DNA of 64,000 nucleotides from Verrucomicrobiia bacterium (lineage in GTDB: Bacteria; Verrucomicrobiota; Verrucomicrobiia; Chthoniobacterales; UBA6821): contig JBEIJN010000001.1 in the NCBI GenBank assembly GCA_040380225.1, positions 50,345-114,344 on the forward strand, read 5' to 3'. The notes beneath the pieces are model-generated. The model was not told where the DNA came from. It did no database searches and was given only the letters and a program-made list of their open reading frames with translations. Shown one piece after another: positions 11,563 through 21,172 of this stretch (positions within the stretch are counted from its first letter, which is position 1; the number at the start of each line of letters is the position of its first letter). The position numbers and the translations under genes were made by a program.

Positions 11563-11715
11563 TCAGTTCTGGATCTTGCGCTCGACGGCTCCCGCGGCCT
11601 TGGTCAGGTCACGTCCACCGGCGCTGACATCTTCTCCAACACCCTTGATGGTGTTGCAAGCAGTAAGTCCGGTGGTGGCGATGGCAAGAAGGAGGAATGC
11701 AAGGAGGTGTTTCAT
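11563..11715 (-). CDS. entericidin A/B family small lipoprotein (50 aa, absent from ORF track)
   Basis: Hand translation MKHLLAFLLLAIATTGLTACNTIKGVGEDVSAGGRDLTKAAGAVERKIQN; lipobox LTAC and CNT-x-G-x-GED entericidin pattern. Confidence 0.8.
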   Translation of the reverse strand: MKHLLAFLLLAIATTGLTACNTIKGVGEDVSAGGRDLTKAAGAVERKIQN

Positions 11716-11770
11716 AGGGTTTCAGATTTGGCAAAAAACCAATCTCCTGTCGATACAGGATGTGGGGTTA

Positions 11771-12541
11771 TCACACCCCCGGAACCGCCGGTTTGCCATC
11801 GGACTGGAGGCCGGTTCCCTTGTCGTGATGCTCGGCATGAGCCGCTTTGCGCGCTGCATGCATCTCCTCGCAGGCCTCCGACCACTTGGCGAGGAAGCTG
11901 GGATTTTTGAGGAACTGTTTCGCCAGGAACTGTCCGTAGAGCTTGCCTGCCCTGACATCCGCCGGGAAATGGCGTCCCAGAATGACCCTGTACCAGGCCT
12001 TTTGCCGTGCCTGCTTGTGAAGGGCCTTGGTTTCCTGCGGGAAGGCGCTTGCAAGAAGGTTGGCCCAGACAAAGGCGCGTGTCGTGTGGCCGCTCGGATA
12101 GGCGTAGCCGTCGCTCTTTTCAAGGTCGCCCGATTCCTTCCAACTCAGCGGCCTTGTCCTCGTGAAATAGTTTTTCGCCAGTTCGATGGCCTCTTTGGTT
12201 TCGGCGGTGACCTCCTCGAAAAGGGCTGCCGTCTTGGGGAGATCCTTCGCGTTGAACCAATCCCCGAGGGTTTCGGAATAGTCAAAGACGCTGTCGTGGG
12301 AGGCCTTGTTTCCCCGATCGATCTGCTCCTGCGTTGCCGCGGCGCGGGCGTTCTTGAGGAAGCCCGTGTCGATCCTGAATTGCTCGGATCCCGGTACCGG
12401 CGGAGGGGGAATGATCGCGGGGATGTCGAAGCTCTTCGGATTGATATAGGGGGCGGCCTGAGTCCCGGCAGAGAACGCGACGCAGAGGGTCAGCGCGGCG
12501 GCAATTGAGGAAAGGAAGATCGATCTTTTCACAAGGTGCAT
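11771..12541 (-). CDS. class A (PAP2) acid phosphatase, secreted
   Basis: Signal peptide; PAP2 motifs (TRTRP, PSGHTT, GRHFPADVRAG); 256 aa. Confidence 0.85.
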   Translation of the reverse strand: MHLVKRSIFLSSIAAALTLCVAFSAGTQAAPYINPKSFDIPAIIPPPPVPGSEQFRIDTGFLKNARAAATQEQIDRGNKASHDSVFDYSETLGDWFNAKDLPKTAALFEEVTAETKEAIELAKNYFTRTRPLSWKESGDLEKSDGYAYPSGHTTRAFVWANLLASAFPQETKALHKQARQKAWYRVILGRHFPADVRAGKLYGQFLAKQFLKNPSFLAKWSEACEEMHAARKAAHAEHHDKGTGLQSDGKPAVPGV

Positions 12542-12598
12542 GGCGGAAGCGTATGGAACCCCGGGAATCAGAAAAGAGAAAAGGCCGGGATCCAGGCT

Positions 12599-14338
12599 CT
12601 ATTCGTCCACCACGGCAAGATCGCTGGCGGTCACTCGCAGAACCTCCTCCACGGAGGTGAGTCCCATGGAGGCTTTCCGCCATCCATCCTTGCGCAGGGG
12701 GATCATGCCATCACGCACAGCCTGGTCGGCCAATTCGGTCCCGGTCGCCCTTTTCTGGAGCAACTCCTGCAGGGCCGGCGTCATCATGCAGATCTCCATG
12801 ATGGCTAGACGCCCGGCATAGCCGCTGTTGCGGCAATGCTGGCAACCGACTGGTTGGCGCAATCCTGCGGCGAGTTCCTTCGGGAAGCCGATCCTCTCGA
12901 GTTCCTCCGCGCTCATGGCGGTCGGCTTCGAACATTTCGGACAGAGTTTCCTCACAAGCCGCTGCGCAAGGAAGGCCCGGACGGAAGAGCCCACCAGGAA
13001 TGGCTCCACCCCCATGTCGAGCAGGCGTGTGATGCCTCCCACCGCGTCGTTCGTGTGCAGTGTGCTGAAGACCAGGTGCCCCGTCAGTGCCGCCCGGATG
13101 GCGATATCCACGGTCTCCACGTCGCGCATCTCGCCGACCATGATCACATTGGGGTCGCCGCGGAGGATGCTCCGCAGGGCGTTGGCAAAGGTGAGGTCGA
13201 TCTCGGGTTTCACCGCGATCTGGATCACGCCGTCGATCTTGTGCTCGACGGGATCCTCGATGGTGACGATGCGCCGTTCCTTCACGTTCAGCGAACTCAG
13301 GAAGGTGTAGAGCGACGTGCTCTTTCCGCAACCGGTCGGGCCCGTGACGAGGACGATGCCGTTGGGCATGCCGATGAGCGAGCGGACCTTCCTCTCCACA
13401 GCGGGCTCCAGGCCGAGTCGTTCAAAATCGAAATGTTCCTGCCCCAGCAACCTCAGGCTGACGTTCTCGCCGTGCACGCAGGGGATCGTGGCCACGCGCA
13501 CATCGATGGGGCGGCCCTTGTGCTCGAGGGCGATGCGCCCGTCCTGGGGAAGGCGTCGCTCGGCGATGTCCAGCGAGGCCATGATCTTCAGGCGGGAGAT
13601 GACGGAATCCTGCAGGACCCGGATCCTGGGAGGAACCGGCGCCTCGTGCAGGACGCCGTCGATCCGGTAACGGATCCGGAGGTCGTGCCCGAGAGGCTCG
13701 AAGTGCACGTCGGTGGCTCCCTGCTGGAGGCCCTCCCGCAGGATCTGATTCACGAATTTCATCACGGAGGCCTCGGGATCCTCCCCGTCGAGCACGTTGA
13801 CCTCCTCCTTCTCCGTGACGATCTCCTCGTCCCGTCCCTCGAGAAGTTCCTCGAATGTCTCGGCACCGACGCCGTAGGCCGATTTCACCGCTTCGACGAG
13901 CCGCCTGCGGGTGGTCATCACGAGCCGCACGGGGCCCGGATGGTGATGGGTGACCGCCTGCCATGCGGCGTGATCGAAGGGATCCCAGATCAGGAGACTG
14001 AGTTCCTCCCCTTCGCTCTCGGTCGCTTCGGGCAGGATCTGGAAGCCCAGGGCCAGCCTTGCCGGGAATGACGTGCGGAGATTTTCGGCGGGGGATACCT
14101 CGGTCTCCTCCCTCCACCCGATCCGCAAAAGCCCCGAGAGTTCCCGTAGGAAGTCATGCTCGGGAACCATGCCGCTGGAAAGGATTGTCCCCACCAGCGA
14201 CTGCTGGGCGAAGGTTGCCGTCGTCATCAGGCCGCGCAGGGCCTCCCGATCAGTGCAGCCGGCAAGCTCTGCGGCATGGATCAGGAGATCCTCAAGGCAT
14301 GCAAAATCCGTCGCGGACTGTTGCTGCGGGATGGCCAT
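12599..14338 (-). CDS. gspE: GspE/PilB family secretion ATPase
   Basis: Walker A GPTGCGKST, Asp/His boxes, tetracysteine CPKC...CQHC; 579 aa. Confidence 0.9.
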   Translation of the reverse strand: MAIPQQQSATDFACLEDLLIHAAELAGCTDREALRGLMTTATFAQQSLVGTILSSGMVPEHDFLRELSGLLRIGWREETEVSPAENLRTSFPARLALGFQILPEATESEGEELSLLIWDPFDHAAWQAVTHHHPGPVRLVMTTRRRLVEAVKSAYGVGAETFEELLEGRDEEIVTEKEEVNVLDGEDPEASVMKFVNQILREGLQQGATDVHFEPLGHDLRIRYRIDGVLHEAPVPPRIRVLQDSVISRLKIMASLDIAERRLPQDGRIALEHKGRPIDVRVATIPCVHGENVSLRLLGQEHFDFERLGLEPAVERKVRSLIGMPNGIVLVTGPTGCGKSTSLYTFLSSLNVKERRIVTIEDPVEHKIDGVIQIAVKPEIDLTFANALRSILRGDPNVIMVGEMRDVETVDIAIRAALTGHLVFSTLHTNDAVGGITRLLDMGVEPFLVGSSVRAFLAQRLVRKLCPKCSKPTAMSAEELERIGFPKELAAGLRQPVGCQHCRNSGYAGRLAIMEICMMTPALQELLQKRATGTELADQAVRDGMIPLRKDGWRKASMGLTSVEEVLRVTASDLAVVDE

Positions 14339-14386
14339 GTCGTTGGGGCGGTATTGGTCGGGGCGAAGGTGCGACGGGGCCGATCC

Positions 14387-16621
14387 TCAGAAATTATCGA
14401 TCTTCTTCTGAGGGAAGAGCTGGAATTTCTTTTTCGCTGGAGTCGGGGTCGGCGTGGGGCGGAGCTTCTCCTTGAGGGTGCGGGCGCGTTGACCGAGATC
14501 ACTGTCTCCTCCCTGCTCGAGGCTCGCTTTCTCCATCGCCTCGTTGGACTCGACCACGATCGGCTGGATCATGACGACGAGTTCGCGTCGGATGCGCTGC
14601 TTGTTGGAGAGCCCTCCCGCAAGGGCCCCGATCAAGGGGATCCTGTTGATGATGGGGATCCCCTGATCATTCAGTTGTTTGTCATCCTGGATCAACCCGC
14701 CGAGGACGATGGTGGAGCCGCTCGGGACCCGCACGGTGGTTGTGAGTTCCTGGGTGAGGATCGTGGGGGCCTGAACTCCCCCGACATTCTGGTAGGTGCC
14801 CACGCGGTTGTTCTGCTGGGCTATGACCAGGTTCACCTCTTTGTCGGCGTTGATCAATGGGATCACCTCGAGTTTCAGCACCGCAGGAATATAAGTGATG
14901 TTCGCCTGGATGGTGTTTCCGAGTTGGTTGCCGCCGGCGAGCGAGGTGTTCTGGGTCTGGGAGGGGACGGGAACATTCTGACCGTTGAAGATGACGGCCT
15001 TCTTGTTGTTGCTTGTGTAGACGACGGGTCGTGAGAGAACCCGGAACTTGCCGGTCGCTTCGAGGGCGCGGGCGTAGGTGCTCACCCCCTGCGCGATCGC
15101 TCCGTAGACCGTGAGTCCGGTGAGCGAGGAGGGGAAGGCATTGATCGCGTTGGTGAGTCCGCTCGTGACGAGGTTGGTGAGCACATTGGCGATGCTCCCG
15201 TTTACGGCCGCTCCGATGAGGTTGTTCGTCCCGCCGGTATTGATTTTCGCGAACCAGGAGGCGCCATATTCCAGGTCGTCGGTGAGTTCCATCTGGCCGA
15301 TCACCGCGGCGAGGTAGACCTGCTTGGGGCGCCGGTCGAGGAGATCGATGATCTGCGCCGCCTTCGCCTTGCTGTCGGGCGGGCCGTAAACGATGATGGA
15401 GTTGCCGCTGGAGTCGCCGATGATGCTGGTGGCGCCGATCGTGGCGGATTGCGGTGGGTTCTGGGCCGCGGCATCGGACAGTTTGTCGGGGGTGTTGGCC
15501 ACGGCCCCCCCGGTGGAGGCCCCCCCGCCGCCGGCGGTATTCGCCTGCGGTTGGTTCTGGGGTGTCGGTTGGGACTTAGCGTTCCCGGAGGTGGAGGCCT
15601 TGGAATCCGTGTCATCCTTCCCTTTGAGCATGTCGACGAGGACGGGGAAGAGATCACCCACGGAAATGTAGTTGAGGGGTCGGATGAGGGGTTGGTCTGT
15701 CTCGACCGGTTGATCCAGCTTCGAGATCAACTCCCGGAGATACTTGTAGTTCTCCGCCTTGACGATCATGAGGATCCTGTTGGTTCTCTTCTCGGCGATG
15801 AACTGCGCCTTGCCGCTGAGCATGTGGATGTCGCCGCCCGCGGAGACCACGGCACCCTGTTGTTGTCCTCCCTGCCCCCCTTGGGCCGGTTGGGCCGCGC
15901 CCCCTCCCCCACCACCGCCTGATCCCGCGCCGAACATCTGGTTGAGCGTCTCGACGACTTTCTCGGCATTGGCGCGCTGCAGGGGGATGAATTCGGTGAT
16001 GATCTGGCTCGGTTCGCGATCGACGACCTGGAGCAGTGCGATCGCCTTCCTGATGATCGGGGTCTTGTCGGTGATAACCAGCGCGCTGGTGTTGGGCACG
16101 GCCACGAGCGATCCGTAGGCATTCAACTGAACCACTCCCTGCACGATGGAGACGGCTTCGGCCGGGGACAGGTAGCGTAGCGGCTGGTAGAAGCTGACGA
16201 TCTTGTCCCCGTCCTGCGGGAGTTGGGATTCCTCGAGGTAAAGCGGTAGTCCCTCGGAGCGGGGAGGGCGGCTAGGTCCGAGGATTTTCACCGTCTTCTC
16301 GTCGACGGGAACCAGTGTGTAGCCGTTGAGCAGCAGGGAACTCTCGATCAGAGAGACCGCCTCCTTGTGAGGAACAGGATCGGTGACCATGATCGAGAGT
16401 TCCGGGCCCGATAGATTGGAATCACGGATCAGCCGCTTGCCGGTCAGTTTCTCGTAGACCGTCAGGACCTCCGCGACGGAGGTGTGGGGGAACTGGATCG
16501 AGATCGTCTCCTCATTGGAAGGGGCCGGTTCCTGCTGGGCCCTCAAAGCCGCGAGACCGTGAAGAAGCAGGGCCGCAATCAAGAGTCCGCGGAAAGCGGT
16601 CCGGTGGGTGGATGGGATCAT
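14387..16621 (-). CDS. gspD: secretin (GspD/PilQ family)
   Basis: Signal peptide, N-domains, C-terminal secretin core (LGGLIQDD...IPLIGALAGG); two Gly/Gln-rich inserts; 744 aa. Confidence 0.9.
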   Translation of the reverse strand: MIPSTHRTAFRGLLIAALLLHGLAALRAQQEPAPSNEETISIQFPHTSVAEVLTVYEKLTGKRLIRDSNLSGPELSIMVTDPVPHKEAVSLIESSLLLNGYTLVPVDEKTVKILGPSRPPRSEGLPLYLEESQLPQDGDKIVSFYQPLRYLSPAEAVSIVQGVVQLNAYGSLVAVPNTSALVITDKTPIIRKAIALLQVVDREPSQIITEFIPLQRANAEKVVETLNQMFGAGSGGGGGGGAAQPAQGGQGGQQQGAVVSAGGDIHMLSGKAQFIAEKRTNRILMIVKAENYKYLRELISKLDQPVETDQPLIRPLNYISVGDLFPVLVDMLKGKDDTDSKASTSGNAKSQPTPQNQPQANTAGGGGASTGGAVANTPDKLSDAAAQNPPQSATIGATSIIGDSSGNSIIVYGPPDSKAKAAQIIDLLDRRPKQVYLAAVIGQMELTDDLEYGASWFAKINTGGTNNLIGAAVNGSIANVLTNLVTSGLTNAINAFPSSLTGLTVYGAIAQGVSTYARALEATGKFRVLSRPVVYTSNNKKAVIFNGQNVPVPSQTQNTSLAGGNQLGNTIQANITYIPAVLKLEVIPLINADKEVNLVIAQQNNRVGTYQNVGGVQAPTILTQELTTTVRVPSGSTIVLGGLIQDDKQLNDQGIPIINRIPLIGALAGGLSNKQRIRRELVVMIQPIVVESNEAMEKASLEQGGDSDLGQRARTLKEKLRPTPTPTPAKKKFQLFPQKKIDNF

Positions 16622-17247
16622 GGAGCGGAGGGTTGGGTATTCTGTGGTGCCGTGACGACCGGTCGGCGGATGATGCGCCTGCCGGGCGGTGTGTTGGAAG
16701 GCGATTTCGGAAGGGGGGGCAGAGGGGGGAGCTTCACACCGGGGGCCGGTGCGTTGGCCGAGGCCGGGGATCCCGGAGCGGGAGGGGCGGCTTGGGCCGA
16801 GGGATTGCTCCCTTCCAGGAAGCCGATGGTTCCCGTTTCGCCACCGACGCGGATGGTGGCCTTGATGGGGTTCTTCCCTTCACGGACCAAGGTGACGAGT
16901 GACATGTTTTTCGCATTCGGCCTACCCGTGAGAAGCTCGCGGCTCTGGTCGGTGCGGTCAAAGACAAAGACCTGCTCCTCCCCTCCGATGGTGATGATGC
17001 CGGTCATGGCATAGCGCTCCGCAAGCGGCGAACTCTCCTCCGCGGTCGGAAGGGAAAAGGGGGAACGTGCGATGAGTTTGCGGAACGCTTCAAGCTCGCG
17101 CGGTTTTTCCCATGCCTCGGACGCGGAGTCCGAGGCGGTGGCGGCTCCGGAGCAGCCAAGGAGTACCGCAATCAGAAGTCCAAGCCTTGAAAGCCTTGGA
17201 AGCCTTGCAATCCTTGGAACCGGGAAGGGCTGTGATGCGTGGCTCAT
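16618..17247 (-). CDS. PilP/GspC-like lipoprotein with Pro-rich C-terminal tail
   Basis: Lipobox LLGC; beta-rich core YAMTGIITIGGEEQVFVFDR...VTLV; position between the PilO-like gene and the secretin; ATGA overlaps on both sides. Confidence 0.5.
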   Translation of the reverse strand: MSHASQPFPVPRIARLPRLSRLGLLIAVLLGCSGAATASDSASEAWEKPRELEAFRKLIARSPFSLPTAEESSPLAERYAMTGIITIGGEEQVFVFDRTDQSRELLTGRPNAKNMSLVTLVREGKNPIKATIRVGGETGTIGFLEGSNPSAQAAPPAPGSPASANAPAPGVKLPPLPPLPKSPSNTPPGRRIIRRPVVTAPQNTQPSAP

Positions 17248-17807
17248 CGGGTCGGGGGATTTGGCCCGGTGTTACCGGAGCTGTCGGCCGGTTGGAACTG
17301 CTGGCGCAGCTCCATCTCGACAAGGACGTTCGGCGGTTGCGCGTCGCTCTTGATTGAAATCTTGTCGACGGTCCTCCATGCGGAGGGAGTCTGGAGGGCA
17401 AAGAGCATTTTCACGAGGCCGGCAAAGGGGCCGCTCAGTTTCACGGCGACGGCCACGCTCGATCCCTGCGGCGAGGACTGCGGGGGCAGGAGATTCTCCT
17501 CGGTCACTTTCAGGCCGGCTTTCTCCGCCTCCTCGCGTTCCGTTTTGAGCAGTTCGGCGCTCGCCGCATCAGGCTCCGACCGGGGCATCGGGTGGGAGTC
17601 GAGCCATGCCACGGCTGGACGGAGGATCTCCCCGCGTTCGATCCACCCCCTGCTTGCGGCGATCTCATCCCTGGTCACCATGATGGATTTCCGAAGACCT
17701 GTCCGAGCCTGCAGGAATGCACGCAAGCCCAGCAGGTTCACTGCAAGGAGGAGCGCTCCGCAGAGAAGCAGGAGGAGTCTTTTTTCGCTCGGGGCAAGCC
17801 TTCTCAT
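17244..17807 (-). CDS. GspM/PilO-like bitopic inner-membrane component
   Basis: ATG 17807 overlaps the upstream stop (ATGA); single TM LLLLLCGALLLAVNLLGL followed by a periplasmic domain; assigned by operon position. Confidence 0.5.
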   Translation of the reverse strand: MRRLAPSEKRLLLLLCGALLLAVNLLGLRAFLQARTGLRKSIMVTRDEIAASRGWIERGEILRPAVAWLDSHPMPRSEPDAASAELLKTEREEAEKAGLKVTEENLLPPQSSPQGSSVAVAVKLSGPFAGLVKMLFALQTPSAWRTVDKISIKSDAQPPNVLVEMELRQQFQPADSSGNTGPNPPTR

Positions 17808-19153
17808 GGTTTGGATGAATTGCGGGCCCCGTCCATCTCGAAGCGGACGCTGTTCTTTCCGGCAAGCTGGGGTTGTCCGGCCGTCCACTCATATTCCTGC
17901 AGCAGGGGGTTTTTCTTGAGCTGTTCGATGAAGGCATAGGCCTGGGTGACATCGGTCGCTTCGCCGGAAATCTGCAGGTGATCCTGATCCAGGGTGAAAC
18001 CGGTCAGGCGCACCTTCCCTCCTTCCGTCGGTATGGCCGCGACGGAGAGGAGATCCAGAGGGAAGGTGGAGGGATCAACGGCCGGTCGCGAGGAATTCCA
18101 GCGCTCCGATTGCCCTTTGGCCAGAAGGGCTGGCTCCGAGAGTGAGGCGGCCTCATGGCGCAAACGATTCCATGCCATCCTGCGAATCAGGAGATCCCCC
18201 GCTCCCCAGAGGATCAGCAGGATGTAGAGGATCAATGCGGCCGCCGCAACGTTGAGGATGCGCCGGAGTCTGCCCTTGCGTTGGCGTTCCGCGACGGCCT
18301 CCGCGGGAGGAATGTCCACGGAGGTGTCGGGCGGAAGCGGTTGGGGGAGCACGGGTTTGCCCGATTCATTGATCCCGGCATCGGCGTGGATGCGTGCCCG
18401 GGGGAAGAGGTGCTGAAGCTGCCTCGAGCAGAGGTCCGACGATCCCGAGGGCATCCCGTGAATCGCGATGGAGAGGGGAAGGTGCTCGATCACCTTTTCC
18501 GAGAGAAGCCTCAGCGCGCTCCTCTGAACGCCGCCGCCCGCATCCCGCTCTCCCAGGCCGCAGAACCAAACCGGCTTTCCTTCGCGGTAAAACGCCATCC
18601 GGAGGTTTCCCCATTCCTGCCAGAGAAGCAGATCGTGCCCGCGCATGTCTCCAAGCACGTTGCATGGAAACTGGAAGCGGAAAGACTCCCTCCATCCCGG
18701 AAGCATCGATTCCTCCGGGAACGGCTCCTCCGACGCGACGGCCATCACCAAACGTCGTCCTCCAACCTGCGCCACCGGCAGCACGGTCAGGGAGTTCTCC
18801 ATGCCGCGCTTGAGAAAATGCCTGCCCGAGAGCTCCATCCGCGCAAGATCGACGGGATCCCCCTCCGAGGAGATCCAGAGGGGCCATGAAAAGAGCCTGG
18901 ATGAGGGCAAGGCCGTCACGATCTCGCGGCCCGAGGAGATCGGTACATCGGGGTCCAGACGCTCCGGTACCGTGCTTCCGGCGGCGAAAAACCACCGCTC
19001 CCACGATCCCTCGAGTGGTCCCGGCCGGTCGAGCACGGTGCCCGGAGTGGTTTTGCCCCGGGCTTGCAGGCGCCGGGAAATCTTCCGGGACGGAGCCGCG
19101 GCACCGTGTTCCGGACCATCCTTGGTGGCGGCCTCTGTCATCTCTGGGTTCAT
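17804..19153 (-). CDS. GspL-like cytoplasmic domain fused to a PilN-like TM/periplasmic domain
   Basis: ATG 19153 overlaps the gspK stop; about 330 aa cytoplasmic part, TM ILNVAAAALILYILLILWGAG, PilN-like tail. Confidence 0.5.
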   Translation of the reverse strand: MNPEMTEAATKDGPEHGAAAPSRKISRRLQARGKTTPGTVLDRPGPLEGSWERWFFAAGSTVPERLDPDVPISSGREIVTALPSSRLFSWPLWISSEGDPVDLARMELSGRHFLKRGMENSLTVLPVAQVGGRRLVMAVASEEPFPEESMLPGWRESFRFQFPCNVLGDMRGHDLLLWQEWGNLRMAFYREGKPVWFCGLGERDAGGGVQRSALRLLSEKVIEHLPLSIAIHGMPSGSSDLCSRQLQHLFPRARIHADAGINESGKPVLPQPLPPDTSVDIPPAEAVAERQRKGRLRRILNVAAAALILYILLILWGAGDLLIRRMAWNRLRHEAASLSEPALLAKGQSERWNSSRPAVDPSTFPLDLLSVAAIPTEGGKVRLTGFTLDQDHLQISGEATDVTQAYAFIEQLKKNPLLQEYEWTAGQPQLAGKNSVRFEMDGARNSSKP

Positions 19154-20106
19154 TGCTCCGACCACCCTAGCACAGAGCCGGCGGCTTGGGGATTTTCTGA
19201 TGAAGCCTCGGCGCAAATCACCGTGATGCGGTGTTTGACCCCGTGGCAGAAGCCCGTGCTCTCGATCCGGCGCACCCCGCCCATGATCCCGCAACTTTCC
19301 AGAATGAGGCTGCGCGGGGCGCCGCTCACCCCCATGAGGGTGACGGCATTGGCCAGATCCTTTGGCTTCGCATCGTCGGCAGTCCCCTCGATGCCATCCT
19401 TGCCAGCGCGGAGGGCGATCCAGGCATCGGCCTGGGCGGGCGTCAATCCCAGGAAGTCGGTCAGGATCGCTTTGGGGGCCCGCAGGACATTGACCGGGCC
19501 GTTGAAGTGAGTCGTGAAAAACGAACGGTGATCCGGCTTGGCCTTCATGACCGGTCCGAAACCGATCACCAGCGCCATCTCCTCGGGCGAGACGAAGGGC
19601 GCCCCGGGCGGCATTCCCGAGAGGCCCGCCGCCTCGTATTCCGGTTTCTTGGCACCGTGGAGTGAGCGGAAGGGGGCCGGGTTCTGCCAGTCGAAGAGGC
19701 CGTCGGCCGCCGCATCGGACTGGTTCATGTCGAGGCCCCAGGCCGCGAAGAGGCGCTTGAGCAGATCCCTGCGGTCCGGAACGCGGGAAAGAAAATGGTT
19801 CGGATTGATGAGTCCCGACTCATCCTTGATCTCGACGGCGTACCCCTCCTCTCCCTCCTTGGATTTGGATTGCAACAGCGGATCGCCGGGAAGGACTCCC
19901 GGGTTCATGGCGACGGCGACTCCCGAGAGAGCCTGCTGCCTCGCCCGGAAGAGTTTCCCGGAGCGTGTCTCCTCAACGATCCAGCCATTGATGATCCCGG
20001 CCAGCAGAAGCGCGACCCCGGTGAGCAGGGCGATCGTCCAGAGCACCATGGGAAGCGCCATTCCCGAGCATCGGGCCGCCGCGTGATGGAAAGGATGCCT
20101 TCTCAT
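19150..20106 (-). CDS. gspK: GspK-like minor pseudopilin
   Basis: N-terminal hydrophobic helix MALPMVLWTIALLTGVALLLAG and DESGLINPN (GspK E-x-G-K-I-N-x-N-like) motif. Confidence 0.65.
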   Translation of the reverse strand: MRRHPFHHAAARCSGMALPMVLWTIALLTGVALLLAGIINGWIVEETRSGKLFRARQQALSGVAVAMNPGVLPGDPLLQSKSKEGEEGYAVEIKDESGLINPNHFLSRVPDRRDLLKRLFAAWGLDMNQSDAAADGLFDWQNPAPFRSLHGAKKPEYEAAGLSGMPPGAPFVSPEEMALVIGFGPVMKAKPDHRSFFTTHFNGPVNVLRAPKAILTDFLGLTPAQADAWIALRAGKDGIEGTADDAKPKDLANAVTLMGVSGAPRSLILESCGIMGGVRRIESTGFCHGVKHRITVICAEASSENPQAAGSVLGWSEQ

Positions 20107-20795
20107 GAGCCGGGCGATGGCGACGGTGTCGGCGATGGTGCCGCACCGGCGGGAGCAGCGGTCGCGGGTGGTGCCGATACGGGAGGAACATAGAAGATCG
20201 CCTCCACGGGATCGGGCATGCCGTCGATCTCGAATTGGAGGCGTACCATGCCGGGGCGGGGACTGCCGGTCGGCCACTCCTCTTTCCAGTTGTCATCGGC
20301 AAAGAAGGACCACCGCGGTTTGCGGACTTTGGGAAGCAGGGGAATGCCCGGGGCGGCGAGTGCGGCCTCAAGTTCCCGATCTGTGGCACGGGCCGGGATT
20401 CTCAGCATGGTGATCGTCCGGGTTCCGTCGGCGCGCGGTTTGGCGGCGAGGACAAGGGAGCCTCCCCCGAGGCTCGGCAGGCCGAAGACCCCCTGGACAT
20501 TGCCAAGCGTGAGTCTCGGTTCGGGATCCCCACTTCTGCCGCGCGCCATCTCGAGCGAGACGGTGGCCTGGCCCGGGAGATTCAGCAGGGCGCCGCGCGT
20601 GAGCCGGAGGAAGGCGTCGAGCCTTCGCAGGGTGAGTTGCTGCTCCATCGCGGTGCGCGATGCCGTGATCGAGGAGCTTGCGATCGCGTAAACCGAGGCG
20701 GCAAGCAACGCAAGGATGCCCATGGAGAGCACCACTTCGAGCAGGGTGAAGCCCCTTTGCAATCGGCCGGAACTGCTTTGAGAGATCCTTGTCAT
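20103..20795 (-). CDS. GspJ-like pseudopilin
   Basis: Prepilin-type N-terminus RG/FTLLEVVLSMGILALL; position after the GspI-like gene. Confidence 0.6.
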   Translation of the reverse strand: MTRISQSSSGRLQRGFTLLEVVLSMGILALLAASVYAIASSSITASRTAMEQQLTLRRLDAFLRLTRGALLNLPGQATVSLEMARGRSGDPEPRLTLGNVQGVFGLPSLGGGSLVLAAKPRADGTRTITMLRIPARATDRELEAALAAPGIPLLPKVRKPRWSFFADDNWKEEWPTGSPRPGMVRLQFEIDGMPDPVEAIFYVPPVSAPPATAAPAGAAPSPTPSPSPGS

Positions 20796-21172
20796 GGCCT
20801 GTTGATCAGGATCTCGGCCTGATCGGTCTGGGTTCCGGACTTGGTGGTGATCGTGAGTTTCTTCAATCCGGAGATCTCGGCCCCGGTGGCGTTCCTGGCC
20901 GGGTAAGGGGTCAGCGATTCCTCGACGCGCACCCCGTGGTTCCGCGCGGCTTCCAGAACACGCGGCGATCCTTCGGGCGGGGGATTGGCCTGGCAGTAGG
21001 CAAGGCGGGATTCGAGTTCCGACCTGCAGAAGGAACGCTGCCTGACTTCCAGTGCCGCCTGCAGCGCGGTATCCAGAGCGATGGCAAGTCCCGTCACCGC
21101 CAGCATGAAGACGGCCAGGGCGATGAGGACCTCGAAGAGGGTGAACCCACGTGTTGGAAGTCTATTCCTCAT
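20792..21172 (-). CDS. GspI-like pseudopilin
   Basis: MRNRLPTRG/FTLFEVLIALAVF prepilin N-terminus; about 126 aa. Confidence 0.6.
   Translation of the reverse strand: MRNRLPTRGFTLFEVLIALAVFMLAVTGLAIALDTALQAALEVRQRSFCRSELESRLAYCQANPPPEGSPRVLEAARNHGVRVEESLTPYPARNATGAEISGLKKLTITTKSGTQTDQAEILINRP

Noticed and set aside
10386-14071. Plus-strand ORFs 10386-11372, 11549-12508 and 12836-14071
   Set aside because: Each is antisense to a supported gene (DHS-like, PAP2 phosphatase, GspE) and has shadow-ORF composition.
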